Source: an uncultured Candidatus Saccharibacteria bacterium
GTDB taxonomy: Bacteria; Patescibacteriota; Minisyncoccia; Phycocordibacterales; UBA6899
Reading direction: 5' to 3'
NCBI GenBank assembly: GCA_964515375.1
Contig: CAZERF010000001.1
Location: 115,243 to 179,242 of the forward strand
DNA length: 64,000 nt
This document shows, piece after piece, positions 11,933 through 21,275 of this stretch. Numbering within the stretch: position 1 is the stretch's first letter; the number at the start of each line of letters is the position of its first letter. The notes beneath the pieces were generated by a model, which saw only the letters and a list, made by a program, of their open reading frames with translations, was not told where the DNA came from and ran no database searches. Position numbers and translations under genes: made by a program.

Positions 11933-12280
11933 ATGTCATTCGCAGTAATCCAAACAGGCGGTAAGCAGTACAAGGTCGAGGCGGGAGATGTCCTCACGAT
12001 CGAGAAGCTTTTTCAGCCCCACAAGGCCGGCGAACAGCCCGCTCTTTATGAAGATGGTGCAAAGGTGGTTTTTGACCAAGTGCTCTTGGTCGACGATGGT
12101 GCAAGCACCAAGGTTGGCGCACCGTATGTTTCCGGAGCCAAGGTCACCGCGTCGGTCGTGGTTGCCGAAGGAAAGGGAGACAAGGTGCTCGTGGTGAAAT
12201 ATCGCCCCAAGAGCCGCTACTACAAGAAGAACGGTCATCGCCAACCCTTCACACAGGTCAAGATCGAATCGATCGCCTAG
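11933..12280 (+). CDS. rplU: 50S ribosomal protein L21
   Basis: FAVIQTGGKQYKV, GAPYV, GHRQPFT. Confidence 0.98.
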   Translation: MSFAVIQTGGKQYKVEAGDVLTIEKLFQPHKAGEQPALYEDGAKVVFDQVLLVDDGASTKVGAPYVSGAKVTASVVVAEGKGDKVLVVKYRPKSRYYKKNGHRQPFTQVKIESIA

Positions 12281-12304
12281 CCAAAAAAGATCGCAAAAAA
12301 GAAG

Positions 12305-12332
12305 AACGCCCCGTATTGGGGCGTTTTTTTTT
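12305..12332 (+). terminator. Intrinsic terminator after rplU (probably bidirectional)
   Basis: AACGCCCC-GTATT-GGGGCGTT followed by a T-tract; A-rich on the left. Confidence 0.85.
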
Positions 12333-12351
12333 GAGATCGACCGGAGATCCT

Positions 12352-12675
12352 TTAGTCCAGTCGAGTCATAGAGATGATGTGAATCTGTGAGCTACGACAT
12401 TGCCCTTCGACCATTGTCGCAAGAGACGCACGAACATTGACAAGGTCGTTATTGTTCATAATGGGTCCGGACAACTGAAGGACCGCATCGCCAACCGCGC
12501 ATTCATGTGACCCCTCCTTTGCGGCAAAGGAGAAGAAGTACGTCGCCTTCTTTGCTTTGATGGTGAGTGTCTTGTTGATCAGGGGAATCTCCATTGTTGT
12601 TGCTTCCCCTTGCGCGAACAGAGTGGGAGAGACCAAGAACATTACCGTGATGAGAAACAGACGAATGGCATGCAT
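12352..12675 (-). CDS. Hypothetical exported protein
   Basis: Signal-peptide-like N-terminus (LFA|QG), two Cys, GGAGG SD, upstream TTGCAA-16-TATAAT (12723-12750). Confidence 0.75.
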   Translation of the reverse strand: MHAIRLFLITVMFLVSPTLFAQGEATTMEIPLINKTLTIKAKKATYFFSFAAKEGSHECAVGDAVLQLSGPIMNNNDLVNVRASLATMVEGQCRSSQIHIISMTRLD

Positions 12676-12750
12676 GACGACCTCCGGATGGGTATGAAGC
12701 GTGAAGAATGTGACCTTATTTTATTATAACACATTTACAGTATTTTGCAA

Positions 12751-13368
12751 TCACTTGCGTCCTTCAAGCGCGAAACGGAGAGTTTCCGCATCGGAGTATT
12801 CGAGCTCGGTGCCGGTCGAGAGCCCGCGCCCGAGTGTGGTGATCGCGATCAAATGCTCTGCGGTGATCGGCTCGATCACACTCCGTACATACTCCGCGGT
12901 GTGTTCGCTTTCGGGGGTGACCGCACAAGCAAGAATGATCTCCTTGAGGTTCATTGCCTCTCTAAGGATGCGTTCGCGGAGTGCGTTTACCTTTATCCGT
13001 GAAGGAGGGTCCTTCTCGAGGATGGGGAGCGTGCCACCAAGGACGAAATAGAGACCATTGTAAGTACCACTGCGTTCGATGGCTTCGAGGTCGGAATCTT
13101 TTTCAACGACCATGATGACAGCGTGGTCTCTCGTTTCACTGCTACAGATCTCACAACGCTCTCCTGCGTCTTCATAGCGTTTTGTGGAATAGCGGTGACA
13201 CTCGGTACACTCAAAGACCGAACCTTCGAGAGACTCAATGAGTGCAGCAAGTTCTTTGCGATAACTTCTGTTCTTTTTGAGCAGGAAATAGACGAAACGT
13301 TTGGATTGGCGCGTTCCGATTCCGGGAAATTCAGCAAAAAGAGCGGCGAGTTTTTGGATAGGGTCCAT
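12751..13368 (-). CDS. recR: Recombination protein RecR
   Basis: PGIG HhH, CxxC...CxxC Zn finger, TOPRIM (VVEK..D, YFVLGG, ELEYSD). Confidence 0.96.
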   Translation of the reverse strand: MDPIQKLAALFAEFPGIGTRQSKRFVYFLLKKNRSYRKELAALIESLEGSVFECTECHRYSTKRYEDAGERCEICSSETRDHAVIMVVEKDSDLEAIERSGTYNGLYFVLGGTLPILEKDPPSRIKVNALRERILREAMNLKEIILACAVTPESEHTAEYVRSVIEPITAEHLIAITTLGRGLSTGTELEYSDAETLRFALEGRK

Positions 13369-13449
13369 GGCGAGTAGGGAGTAGGGAGAGAGAAGTAAAA
13401 AATACGAAGGCATTGATCTCACTCACAATACACAAGAATCAGCAACTTT

Positions 13450-14835
13450 TTAAAAGATGTCATCAAAGGCATCACCCGAACTCATCCCGGTGTGACCCTT
13501 GTCGATATCGCGGAAGGTTGTGTGTTTGTCGTCGAAGTGGAGCTGTACAACTCCCGTGGGTCCGTTGCGGTGCTTTTCGACGAGAATCTCGGCGAGGCCT
13601 GTTTTCTCGGTGTTTTCAGGGTTTTTGTCCTCACGGTGAATAAAGAGCACCACGTCGGCGTCTTGCTCGATGGAGCCGGAATCACGAAGATCGGAGAGTC
13701 GAGGTTTGCCCCCTCGTTGTTCGACGGCACGCGAGAGCTGTGAGAGAGCGAGGACGGGAACATCGAGGTCTTTGGCGAGACCCTTGAGTGAGCGTGAGAT
13801 TTCGGTTACTTGTTGCACCATGGAATCGGAAGAGCGCATGGGGGTCATGAGTTGAAGGTAATCGACGATCACAAGTCCGAGATCGTGTTCGCTCTTCATG
13901 CGGCGGACAGCCGAACGCATGTTCATGATGTTGATGCCGGCTTGGTCGTTGATGAAGATGGGGGCCTTTGCCAAGCGATCAAGTCCTTCTCGTAAGTACG
14001 CAAATTCATGATCTTTGGAGAGTGTACCCGTGCGTAGGCGCCATGCATCGACGGAGCTTTCGGCGGCGAGCATACGATCCACCAATTGTTGGGAACTCAT
14101 TTCAAGTGAGAAGATTCCCACGGGGACATTGTGGTTGACCGCGGCGCGGCGCGCAATATCGAGCGCAAGTGTCGTTTTACCCACAGAAGGACGCGCAGCG
14201 AGAATGATAAGGTCGGACTTTTGGAGTCCCGAGAGCATCTTGTCGAGTCCTTCAAATCCGGTCGGCACACCACGAAGACCGTCTTTGTGTTCGTGGATCT
14301 CCTCGATACGCCCCCATGCTTCCGCGAGGGCATCCTTGATGTTCTGGATCCCTTTTCCGGAAGAAATATTGGTCACCGCGTAGATCTTGCTTTCGGCTTC
14401 GTCCAAGATCTCTTCAAGCGCTTTTTCTTCTTGATAACCGAGTTCGGAGACATGTTCGGCAGTGCGGATGAGGTCGCGGAGGATGTGCTTCTTTTTGACC
14501 GTTTCGGCGTAGTATTTGGCGTTTGCGGATGAAGGAACCATTCCCGCGAGTTCGGCGAGATAAGTGCGTCCGCCGATCGCTTCAAGCTGACCTTTCTCTT
14601 CGAGTCTGTTGGAGAGCGTGAGCATGTCGATCGGGTCGCGGCGACGGTGAAGCTCCATCATTGCCTCAAAGATGATGCGATGTTTTTCCGCATAGAAAGA
14701 TTCGGGAGAAAGAATGTCGGAGATGTCGTAGAGAGAGTCCGTGCGAAGCATGATGGCGCCGAGGAGCGCTTGTTCAGACTCGAGGTGTTGCGGTGGGAGG
14801 CGGAGACCGGTCGTCGGGATGTACGGACTTTTCAT
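13450..14835 (-). CDS. dnaB: Replicative DNA helicase
   Basis: PPQ..ESEQALLG, ARPSVGKT, DYLQL, LSQLSR, DLRDSGSIEQDAD, KHRNGP; start 14835 inferred from the -10 box (ATG 14844 is an alternative). Confidence 0.98.
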   Translation of the reverse strand: MKSPYIPTTGLRLPPQHLESEQALLGAIMLRTDSLYDISDILSPESFYAEKHRIIFEAMMELHRRRDPIDMLTLSNRLEEKGQLEAIGGRTYLAELAGMVPSSANAKYYAETVKKKHILRDLIRTAEHVSELGYQEEKALEEILDEAESKIYAVTNISSGKGIQNIKDALAEAWGRIEEIHEHKDGLRGVPTGFEGLDKMLSGLQKSDLIILAARPSVGKTTLALDIARRAAVNHNVPVGIFSLEMSSQQLVDRMLAAESSVDAWRLRTGTLSKDHEFAYLREGLDRLAKAPIFINDQAGINIMNMRSAVRRMKSEHDLGLVIVDYLQLMTPMRSSDSMVQQVTEISRSLKGLAKDLDVPVLALSQLSRAVEQRGGKPRLSDLRDSGSIEQDADVVLFIHREDKNPENTEKTGLAEILVEKHRNGPTGVVQLHFDDKHTTFRDIDKGHTGMSSGDAFDDIF

Positions 14836-15051
14836 GAGAGCCATTGTACCATGTTCGCGGAAGAGAAAAGAAGGTCGGGAAAAGTGCGGAAGTTGGGCAC
14901 AAGCTGTGGAGTATTTGTGCTAATTGCCTTGAAAAACACGCAAATCAAAAAAGTGGACAAAACGATATTTTCTCATAGTGTTTTTGCGATATTCACGCTT
15001 TCACGGTCTTCTTGGGCGTGCAAAAATAGAAATGCTGTGTAAAATCAAGGT

Positions 15052-15990
15052 ATGCAAGAATCGTGGAACGAAATACCTAAAGAAGACGAGTTTCCTTCCG
15101 AAGAGGTTTCTGTCTCTCTCGAAACGGACGCATTTGACATCCTTGAGACCCCAAGTGTTGACTGGGGAGCCGCGCGCGCGTACTTTGAAGAATTATTCAA
15201 AAACGATCCTTCAAATAAAGATATTGTCGCGCTGACGAATTCGCTTATTGAGATGTATCCCGCGGACGCGGAGGCGTTGACCGCATTGGCCGAGCTTCCG
15301 GGATATTTTTCTGCTCAGAGCGCGCTCGATCGGCTCCGTGACGAAGAACATTCCCGTCGCCATTTTACCCACGAAGAGCGTCGTGCGATGGAGAAGAAGA
15401 AAAAAGACCTTTTGATCCGTCTCACGCAAAATCAATTTCTCCTGACCGATACGGTGGTCAAGTATGCACACGACCCTTCCTATCTTGAGGGATTCTGGAA
15501 GTCGACAGAACTCCTTGCAAATTTCAAACACGCCGAAGGAACGATGGGGCGAACAAGAGAAAGCGTATTAGCACAAGCGAGTATCTATCAATTATTCGAG
15601 AAGTTGAACAAGCATCCGAGTCTCTCGCATCCGAGCGAGGACGCTTTCAATGCGATCGACCTTTGGATCGCTGAAGGGGAGGAGAAGCAGGCGGTGCAGG
15701 TGAAGGGTGCGCCAAAGAAAGAAGAGTTCAGTGTCATTCCCGCAGCCGAGCGGATATCCTTCCCGGGTGTTGCCGTGCACACCAAGGAAGGTCAACAGCA
15801 TCACTACAACGCGTATACGCAAGATGAACACAATAAGTTTTGCGCAAAGCTTGACCAGTACAACAGGACGACACATCAAGCAGTCGAGGGGTTCCTCATT
15901 GTGATTCCGCGTGATCGTCGGGATCCCGTGACCGGTGAGCCGGATGCGATACTTGTCGAGGAGGCACGCACGCGATTGGGTGCACACTGA
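15052..15990 (+). CDS. Hypothetical protein with a possible C-terminal PD-(D/E)XK-like nuclease motif
   Basis: 312-aa ORF; EDAFNAIDLW...AVQVKG resembles a D...QxK nuclease core; TAAAAT box 6 nt upstream. Confidence 0.7.
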   Translation: MQESWNEIPKEDEFPSEEVSVSLETDAFDILETPSVDWGAARAYFEELFKNDPSNKDIVALTNSLIEMYPADAEALTALAELPGYFSAQSALDRLRDEEHSRRHFTHEERRAMEKKKKDLLIRLTQNQFLLTDTVVKYAHDPSYLEGFWKSTELLANFKHAEGTMGRTRESVLAQASIYQLFEKLNKHPSLSHPSEDAFNAIDLWIAEGEEKQAVQVKGAPKKEEFSVIPAAERISFPGVAVHTKEGQQHHYNAYTQDEHNKFCAKLDQYNRTTHQAVEGFLIVIPRDRRDPVTGEPDAILVEEARTRLGAH

Positions 15991-16000
15991 ATACCATCAT

Positions 16001-16039
16001 AAAAAAAAGACTCGCCGGATAACGGCGAGTCTTTTTTTT
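16001..16039. terminator. Bidirectional intrinsic terminator
   Basis: A-tract, GACTCGCCG-GATAA-CGGCGAGTC hairpin, T-tract; between convergent genes. Confidence 0.9.
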
Positions 16040-16040
16040 G

Positions 16041-19000
16041 TCAGTGTTTTTGAGGAACACCTTTTGTTTGCGCAAACTCTTTGCCCGGCCATCGGTAGAA
16101 GAGAACAGGGATCAGGGCAAGGGTGAGAATGATCGCAAAGGAAAGTCCGAACATGATCGCATATGCGAGCGGACCCCAGAGAGGCGATGCGGACACGAGG
16201 GGGACCATTCCGATGACTGTGGTGATCGTCGTCAGGAAGATGGGACGCAAGCGTACCGCCGACGCTTGAATGATCGCCTCGCGCAGCGTGAGGTTTTCGT
16301 CGTTGTGGCGAAGTCGTACGAGGATCGAGTCGAGGAGAATGATCGCGTGATTGATGATCACTCCCGCGAGCGCGATGATGCCGAGCATTGAAGGGAAGGA
16401 AAGCGCTGCTCCGGTCGCCGCGAGCCCCGCCATGACCCCGATCAGTGAAAGAGGGATGATCGAGAGGAGGTATAGTGTGTAGCGGAACGAGTTGAATTCA
16501 AGCACCAAGATGCCGAGCATGAGTATCATTCCGGCAATGAGTGCAATTCCCATTTCCGTGAAGGATTCATTTACATCCTCGCTCTCTCCTCCGTATTCCA
16601 CGGTGACGGACGGGTCAAGAGAAAGTTCTTGTGTTCGCGCGCGGAGTTCGTCCACGATCTCGATCGCAGTTCTTTCTCCGCTTGTCTGCGCGGTCACCAC
16701 AGCGATCCTTTTTTGATCCTCACGTGAAATAGCAAAGCGTCCTTGTTCGACCCGTGTTTCGATAAGTGTGCCAAGTAGAATGCTCCCTTGAGGTGTCGGA
16801 ATGGGAATCTGTGCGATCTCACTCGGAACAGTATCCGTTGTTTCTTCCGGATTCACAAATTCGGGGTTGAGATCAAGCTTGACGACCACGTCGATGCTCT
16901 CGTCGTCGGTACGTATCGTTGTTGCAGTAACCCCCGACACGGCAGTCCGAATGGTCTGTGCAACCTGTGCGACCGAAAGTCCCGCCTCCGCGACTCTGTC
17001 GCGATCGATCCCAATGGTGAAACGGGTTCCGTCTTCGCGTGTCCCTACTGTGACATCGCGTGTTCCCGCGATCTCGGTGAGGAGTTGCTCAACTTTTTCC
17101 GATGATGTTTGAAGAAGGTCAAGGTCTTCACCGGAAAGTACGATGCGTATCGGCGCGGAAGAAGGAGGACCCGAACCCATTTGGTCGACTGTGACCTTTG
17201 CGTCGGTGACCCCGTTTAATTCTTCGCGAAGTTTGCGCATGATATCAAGCGATGTGTCTGTGCGGTCATCGCGCAGCATGAGGGTGATATTTCCCAATTT
17301 TTCTCCGCCCGAAGCACCGTTCTGGTTGAAGGAAGAACCTTCTCCGACTGTGGTGACAAAGGACTCGATATACGGGGAGGCATAGAGTACTTCTTCGACC
17401 GCGCGGATAGTGCGGTCTGTTTCTTGCAGTGTCGTTCCTTCTTGACGTTCTATTTCAATGTAGACGAGGTCTTGATCTCCTTCGGGGAAGAACTGCACAC
17501 GTACGAGTCCCATAATGGGAAGTGCCATCGCAAGAATGAATCCGCCTATCATGACACTCAAAAAGATATTTTGCGCGCGGCGGTTATCGAGCAATTGTCC
17601 CAATACACGTTTGTACCATCCGCGTGCCCGTTCTGCGTATTCTTCTTGCTTGTCCTCCATGCGGTTCTTGTGCTCCTTGGAGAGGAGGATTGCCAGGAGT
17701 GGGACCATCCCAAGCGCCACAAAGACTGACGCGATGAGGACGAAGATGATCGTGAAGGGGATCGAGGCAATGAATTCTCCGACAATTCCCGAAATGAAGA
17801 AGAGAGGGACGAAGACCGCAACGGTGGTCATTGTTCCGGCGATGAGCGGCCATGCGTATTCGCGGATGGACGCGATCGCGGCGTCTTCAAGCTTTTTGTA
17901 TTTGCGTTGTCTTGCATGTATCGCTTCGGTCACAACGATCCCCGAATCAACAAGGATACCGACCGCAAGAATGAGCGAGAAGAGGGAGATGAAGTTGAGT
18001 GTATTCCCGGATGCTTGCAGTCCGATGAACGCGATCACGAAGGAAAGCGGGATCGACAGCGCCGCGACAATGGATTCTCTCCATCCGATCGTCAGAAGGA
18101 GCATGAGCATAACAAGCCCAACGGTTTCAAGTCCTACTCGCGTGAGTTCACGGAGGTCTTTCTCGACGAGCTCACCGCGGTCGAACGAAATAACGATATT
18201 TGCGTCGGTGAGCATTGTTGTGCGTAGTTCTTCGAGTCGGTCGCGAACATCCTGCGCAATGTGTGTCACATCACCACCCTCTTTTTTGAAGACGGAAAGA
18301 GTAATGGACTGTTCGGATGGCGCGCCGTCAACTGAAATACGAGAGAGGGAAGAGGGGCGAGCAAGACCATCCATGACAACCGCGACATCACGCATCCGAA
18401 TGACCCCCGCGTCACCACCCGCGACCGGAAGATCCCCGATCGTAGTCGTCTCTTCGAGTGTTCCTTCGAAGTTGATGGGGTAGTTCACGTCGGCGACTGT
18501 GATCGTTCCGACCGGTACAGCGATGTTTGCCGATTGGAGCGCAGAGACGACCTGGTCGATGCGGATCCCATAGGTGAGGAGCGCGGAGCGTTTGATGATG
18601 ACGGATACTTCGCGATCACGAACACCGCTTACCGCAACCTTTGAAACACCTCGCACTTTCTTCATCTCATCGGTAAGGGTGCGCGCAAGATCCGGAAGTT
18701 CTCCGGAGGGGCGGTCGACGGAGATCGAGGCGATGAGGATCGGTTGGTCGGCGAAGTTGATCCTTGCAACACGTGGCTCGTCCGCTTCTGCGGGAAGGAG
18801 CGGTCTTGCTCGGTCTACCGCGTCTTTTAAGTCTTGTATGGATTGGTTGATGTCGGCGCTGGCATTCCATTGCACCGTCACGACGGAAACACCCTCTCGG
18901 GATGATGAAGTGACGGTGTCGATGTTCTCGAGATTTGCCGCCTCCTCTTCGATATGCATACTAATAAGCCGCTCCACATCTTCAGCACTTCCGCCGCGCA

Positions 19001-19154
19001 ACGTCGTTGAAACGATGCCGATCGGAATGACCACTTCAGGGGAAGACTCTTTCGGTATGGTGACGAGTGAATAGAGTCCCGCGCCGACGAGCGCGAGCAT
19101 GATCATGTAGGTGAATGCGCGCTTTTTCAGGAAGAATATCCAAATGTTGTGCAT
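16041..19154 (-). CDS. RND efflux permease (AcrB/SwrC family)
   Basis: 1037 aa, two large extracytoplasmic domains, GILVDSGIVVTE (TM4), RLRPIFLTT (TM11). Confidence 0.96.
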   Translation of the reverse strand: MHNIWIFFLKKRAFTYMIMLALVGAGLYSLVTIPKESSPEVVIPIGIVSTTLRGGSAEDVERLISMHIEEEAANLENIDTVTSSSREGVSVVTVQWNASADINQSIQDLKDAVDRARPLLPAEADEPRVARINFADQPILIASISVDRPSGELPDLARTLTDEMKKVRGVSKVAVSGVRDREVSVIIKRSALLTYGIRIDQVVSALQSANIAVPVGTITVADVNYPINFEGTLEETTTIGDLPVAGGDAGVIRMRDVAVVMDGLARPSSLSRISVDGAPSEQSITLSVFKKEGGDVTHIAQDVRDRLEELRTTMLTDANIVISFDRGELVEKDLRELTRVGLETVGLVMLMLLLTIGWRESIVAALSIPLSFVIAFIGLQASGNTLNFISLFSLILAVGILVDSGIVVTEAIHARQRKYKKLEDAAIASIREYAWPLIAGTMTTVAVFVPLFFISGIVGEFIASIPFTIIFVLIASVFVALGMVPLLAILLSKEHKNRMEDKQEEYAERARGWYKRVLGQLLDNRRAQNIFLSVMIGGFILAMALPIMGLVRVQFFPEGDQDLVYIEIERQEGTTLQETDRTIRAVEEVLYASPYIESFVTTVGEGSSFNQNGASGGEKLGNITLMLRDDRTDTSLDIMRKLREELNGVTDAKVTVDQMGSGPPSSAPIRIVLSGEDLDLLQTSSEKVEQLLTEIAGTRDVTVGTREDGTRFTIGIDRDRVAEAGLSVAQVAQTIRTAVSGVTATTIRTDDESIDVVVKLDLNPEFVNPEETTDTVPSEIAQIPIPTPQGSILLGTLIETRVEQGRFAISREDQKRIAVVTAQTSGERTAIEIVDELRARTQELSLDPSVTVEYGGESEDVNESFTEMGIALIAGMILMLGILVLEFNSFRYTLYLLSIIPLSLIGVMAGLAATGAALSFPSMLGIIALAGVIINHAIILLDSILVRLRHNDENLTLREAIIQASAVRLRPIFLTTITTVIGMVPLVSASPLWGPLAYAIMFGLSFAIILTLALIPVLFYRWPGKEFAQTKGVPQKH

Positions 19155-19158
19155 AGGC

Positions 19159-20748
19159 CTATTTGCGCGTTACTGTTTGTCCTGACCGTAGTCCTCGGGC
19201 GTCAACAACGATCTCCATGTCGGGTGTGATCCCGTTGGTAATGACGATCATGTCGCCCAAGAGTGCTCCCTCGGTTATGTTGTGCGCGACGAGTGTGCTT
19301 GATGCGTTCACGGTAAAGACGAAGGACCCTTCGGGGGTGATCTTTATTGCGGTCAAAGGGACGCGCAATTGATCATCGGAGGAGGTTTTCATGATCGTGC
19401 GTTCTGTCGTGACGCGGACCGAGCTTCCGTTCCGAAGACCTCTTCCTCCTTCGGTAAGCGCGATCTTGATTTCGACTTTCTTTGTCCGTGGATCGAGTGC
19501 TGGCGCAATGCGCGCGATCTTTCCTTTGAATGTCTTATCGATCAAGACGTCTCCTCCGACACGAAGCATCGCGGCATCTCCTTCTGTTGCTTGCACGAGG
19601 ACTTCGAGCGCGCCGTTGTTCGCGATCGTTGCGATCTCGGTGTAGGGGGAGAGAATATCTCCCGATGAAACGGGGAGTGCGGTAATGCTCCCTGTGATGG
19701 GGCTGCGGACGATCGTTTTCTCCAGTCGAGCGCGTGCGGCATCGAGATTTCCCTTCGCGCTTCGGAGGTTTGCCTCCGCGATCGCACCGCTCCCTTCTCT
19801 GGTTTGGAGGAGACTTTCTTGCGCGATCTTGCTTCCGGAGACACTCGCACTGAGCGCGGTTCGTGCTCCCGCAACTGAGGAAAGTGCCCCGTTCACTCCG
19901 CTCCGAGTTTGTGCGACGGTCGCCTTCCATGCATCGATCGTTGCGCGACTCGTATTTGTGTCGGGGATAGCGATGCTAAGCGCGCGCGCGATATCGTCGA
20001 GATAGCGCGCGGTCGTGTTGAGTTCTGTCTCAACAAGAGCAAGTTCGGCGCGGAGATCGCTTGTTGTGGTGAGTGCACGGTTTCGTTCCTCGCGTTCTGT
20101 TACTGTATTAAGAATAGGGAGATGTGCAGTCTCGATGTCGATCACAAGTTTTGCATCGGGTATCGAGGGAATGAATCGTGCGTCGCGTTGTCCGGGGTTC
20201 ACAAACATGGGATTGGTCTTTGCGCGCGTCGCGTCATCAAGTGTTGCGTATGCGCTACGGATAGCGTTCAGCGCTTGAGTGTTTGCGTTCTCAAGTGTCG
20301 TGGCCGCGGAGTCAGTGTTGATCGTCGCGATCGAGCCGCTGATGCCGCTTGCACGGAGGGCTGCTTGCGCACTCTCGTACGCGCCCGTCGCACTCTCGAC
20401 CGCCGCGCGCTCCGTGGAGTTCTCGAATTCCGCGATGACCGCCCCGGCGGAAACATTATCACCGAGACGTTTGTATACCGTCACCCTCCCCGAAGATTCT
20501 CCGCGAACAACCGCTTCTTGTTGCGAAACGACTGTTCCGAGAAGAGAAAGGGGGGATCCGGAACGGGAGAGTTCCTCGACCCGCATTGTGTTCACTGCGC
20601 GCGGACTTGCCGTCTGTGTCTCGATACTTTCCTTTGTGCTGTCGCGAAATACGAAAAGCAAAAGCAGTATCGCGATAATGATGATGAGAATACCTTTGCG
20701 AGTGCGTGCGCCCCGGATGATGCGGCCCCATTGTTGTGTGACGTTCAT
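19159..20748 (-). CDS. RND membrane fusion (adaptor) protein with a long helical insert
   Basis: N-terminal TM, lipoyl halves (SGRV..LGD.V.AG..IA; IVRSPITG.I), VPLTAI, GI.P...IVV; adjacent to the RND permease. Confidence 0.9.
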   Translation of the reverse strand: MNVTQQWGRIIRGARTRKGILIIIIAILLLLFVFRDSTKESIETQTASPRAVNTMRVEELSRSGSPLSLLGTVVSQQEAVVRGESSGRVTVYKRLGDNVSAGAVIAEFENSTERAAVESATGAYESAQAALRASGISGSIATINTDSAATTLENANTQALNAIRSAYATLDDATRAKTNPMFVNPGQRDARFIPSIPDAKLVIDIETAHLPILNTVTEREERNRALTTTSDLRAELALVETELNTTARYLDDIARALSIAIPDTNTSRATIDAWKATVAQTRSGVNGALSSVAGARTALSASVSGSKIAQESLLQTREGSGAIAEANLRSAKGNLDAARARLEKTIVRSPITGSITALPVSSGDILSPYTEIATIANNGALEVLVQATEGDAAMLRVGGDVLIDKTFKGKIARIAPALDPRTKKVEIKIALTEGGRGLRNGSSVRVTTERTIMKTSSDDQLRVPLTAIKITPEGSFVFTVNASSTLVAHNITEGALLGDMIVITNGITPDMEIVVDARGLRSGQTVTRK

Positions 20749-21212
20749 GATCGTGTGTCGTTCTTTTGGATAAGTTGCGCGGTGATACGGGAGAGTGAGC
20801 TGCGCAGCGTCTCACGCTCTTTTTCGGAAAGGCTTCGAGTGAATAGGTCTTGCAGTGCAAGATCGAGTAGTTCGTACGCGCGCTCGAGTTCGCGTGCACC
20901 TTTTGTGGTCAGTGCGAGCACGTGCTTGCGTCGATTGTCCGGATCTTCCGTGCGGGTGAGGAGGCCTTCTTCCGCCAGTGCACTCACATGTCGCGAGACT
21001 GTCGCTTCCGTAAGTGATGTGGCTTCCGCGATGTCGGTTTGAGATGCCTTCTCCTTGCAGTGGATGGGCATAAGAACAAGGAACTGTGCAAACGTGATGC
21101 GCCCCGATTCGGCGAGGCGTTGCTCAAGGTGTCGTTGAATAAGAAAATTCGCCTGATGGATACTGTGCATGAGGCCGGCGCCCCAAGAAAGCATCGCGTG
21201 TTTATTTGTCAT
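20745..21212 (-). CDS. MarR family transcriptional regulator
   Basis: SQTDIAE...TVSRHV..L...GLL.R.EDPDNRR winged HTH; 4-nt overlap with the MFP gene. Confidence 0.95.
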   Translation of the reverse strand: MTNKHAMLSWGAGLMHSIHQANFLIQRHLEQRLAESGRITFAQFLVLMPIHCKEKASQTDIAEATSLTEATVSRHVSALAEEGLLTRTEDPDNRRKHVLALTTKGARELERAYELLDLALQDLFTRSLSEKERETLRSSLSRITAQLIQKNDTRS

Positions 21213-21222
21213 AAGTGGGCAA

Positions 21223-21252
21223 ATGTTAGCATGCTAACTATTTGTACGTCAA
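21223..21252 (-). promoter_or_regulatory. marR operon promoter with an overlapping palindromic operator
   Basis: TTGACG-18-TAACAT; perfect palindrome GTTAGCATGCTAAC at 21225-21238. Confidence 0.75.
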
Positions 21253-21275
21253 GAGTCAAAAAATGGACACAGATA

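Noticed and set aside
14845-15051. Possible oriC upstream of dnaB
   Set aside because: Only two-mismatch DnaA-box-like words, and no dnaA/dnaN or clear unwinding element.
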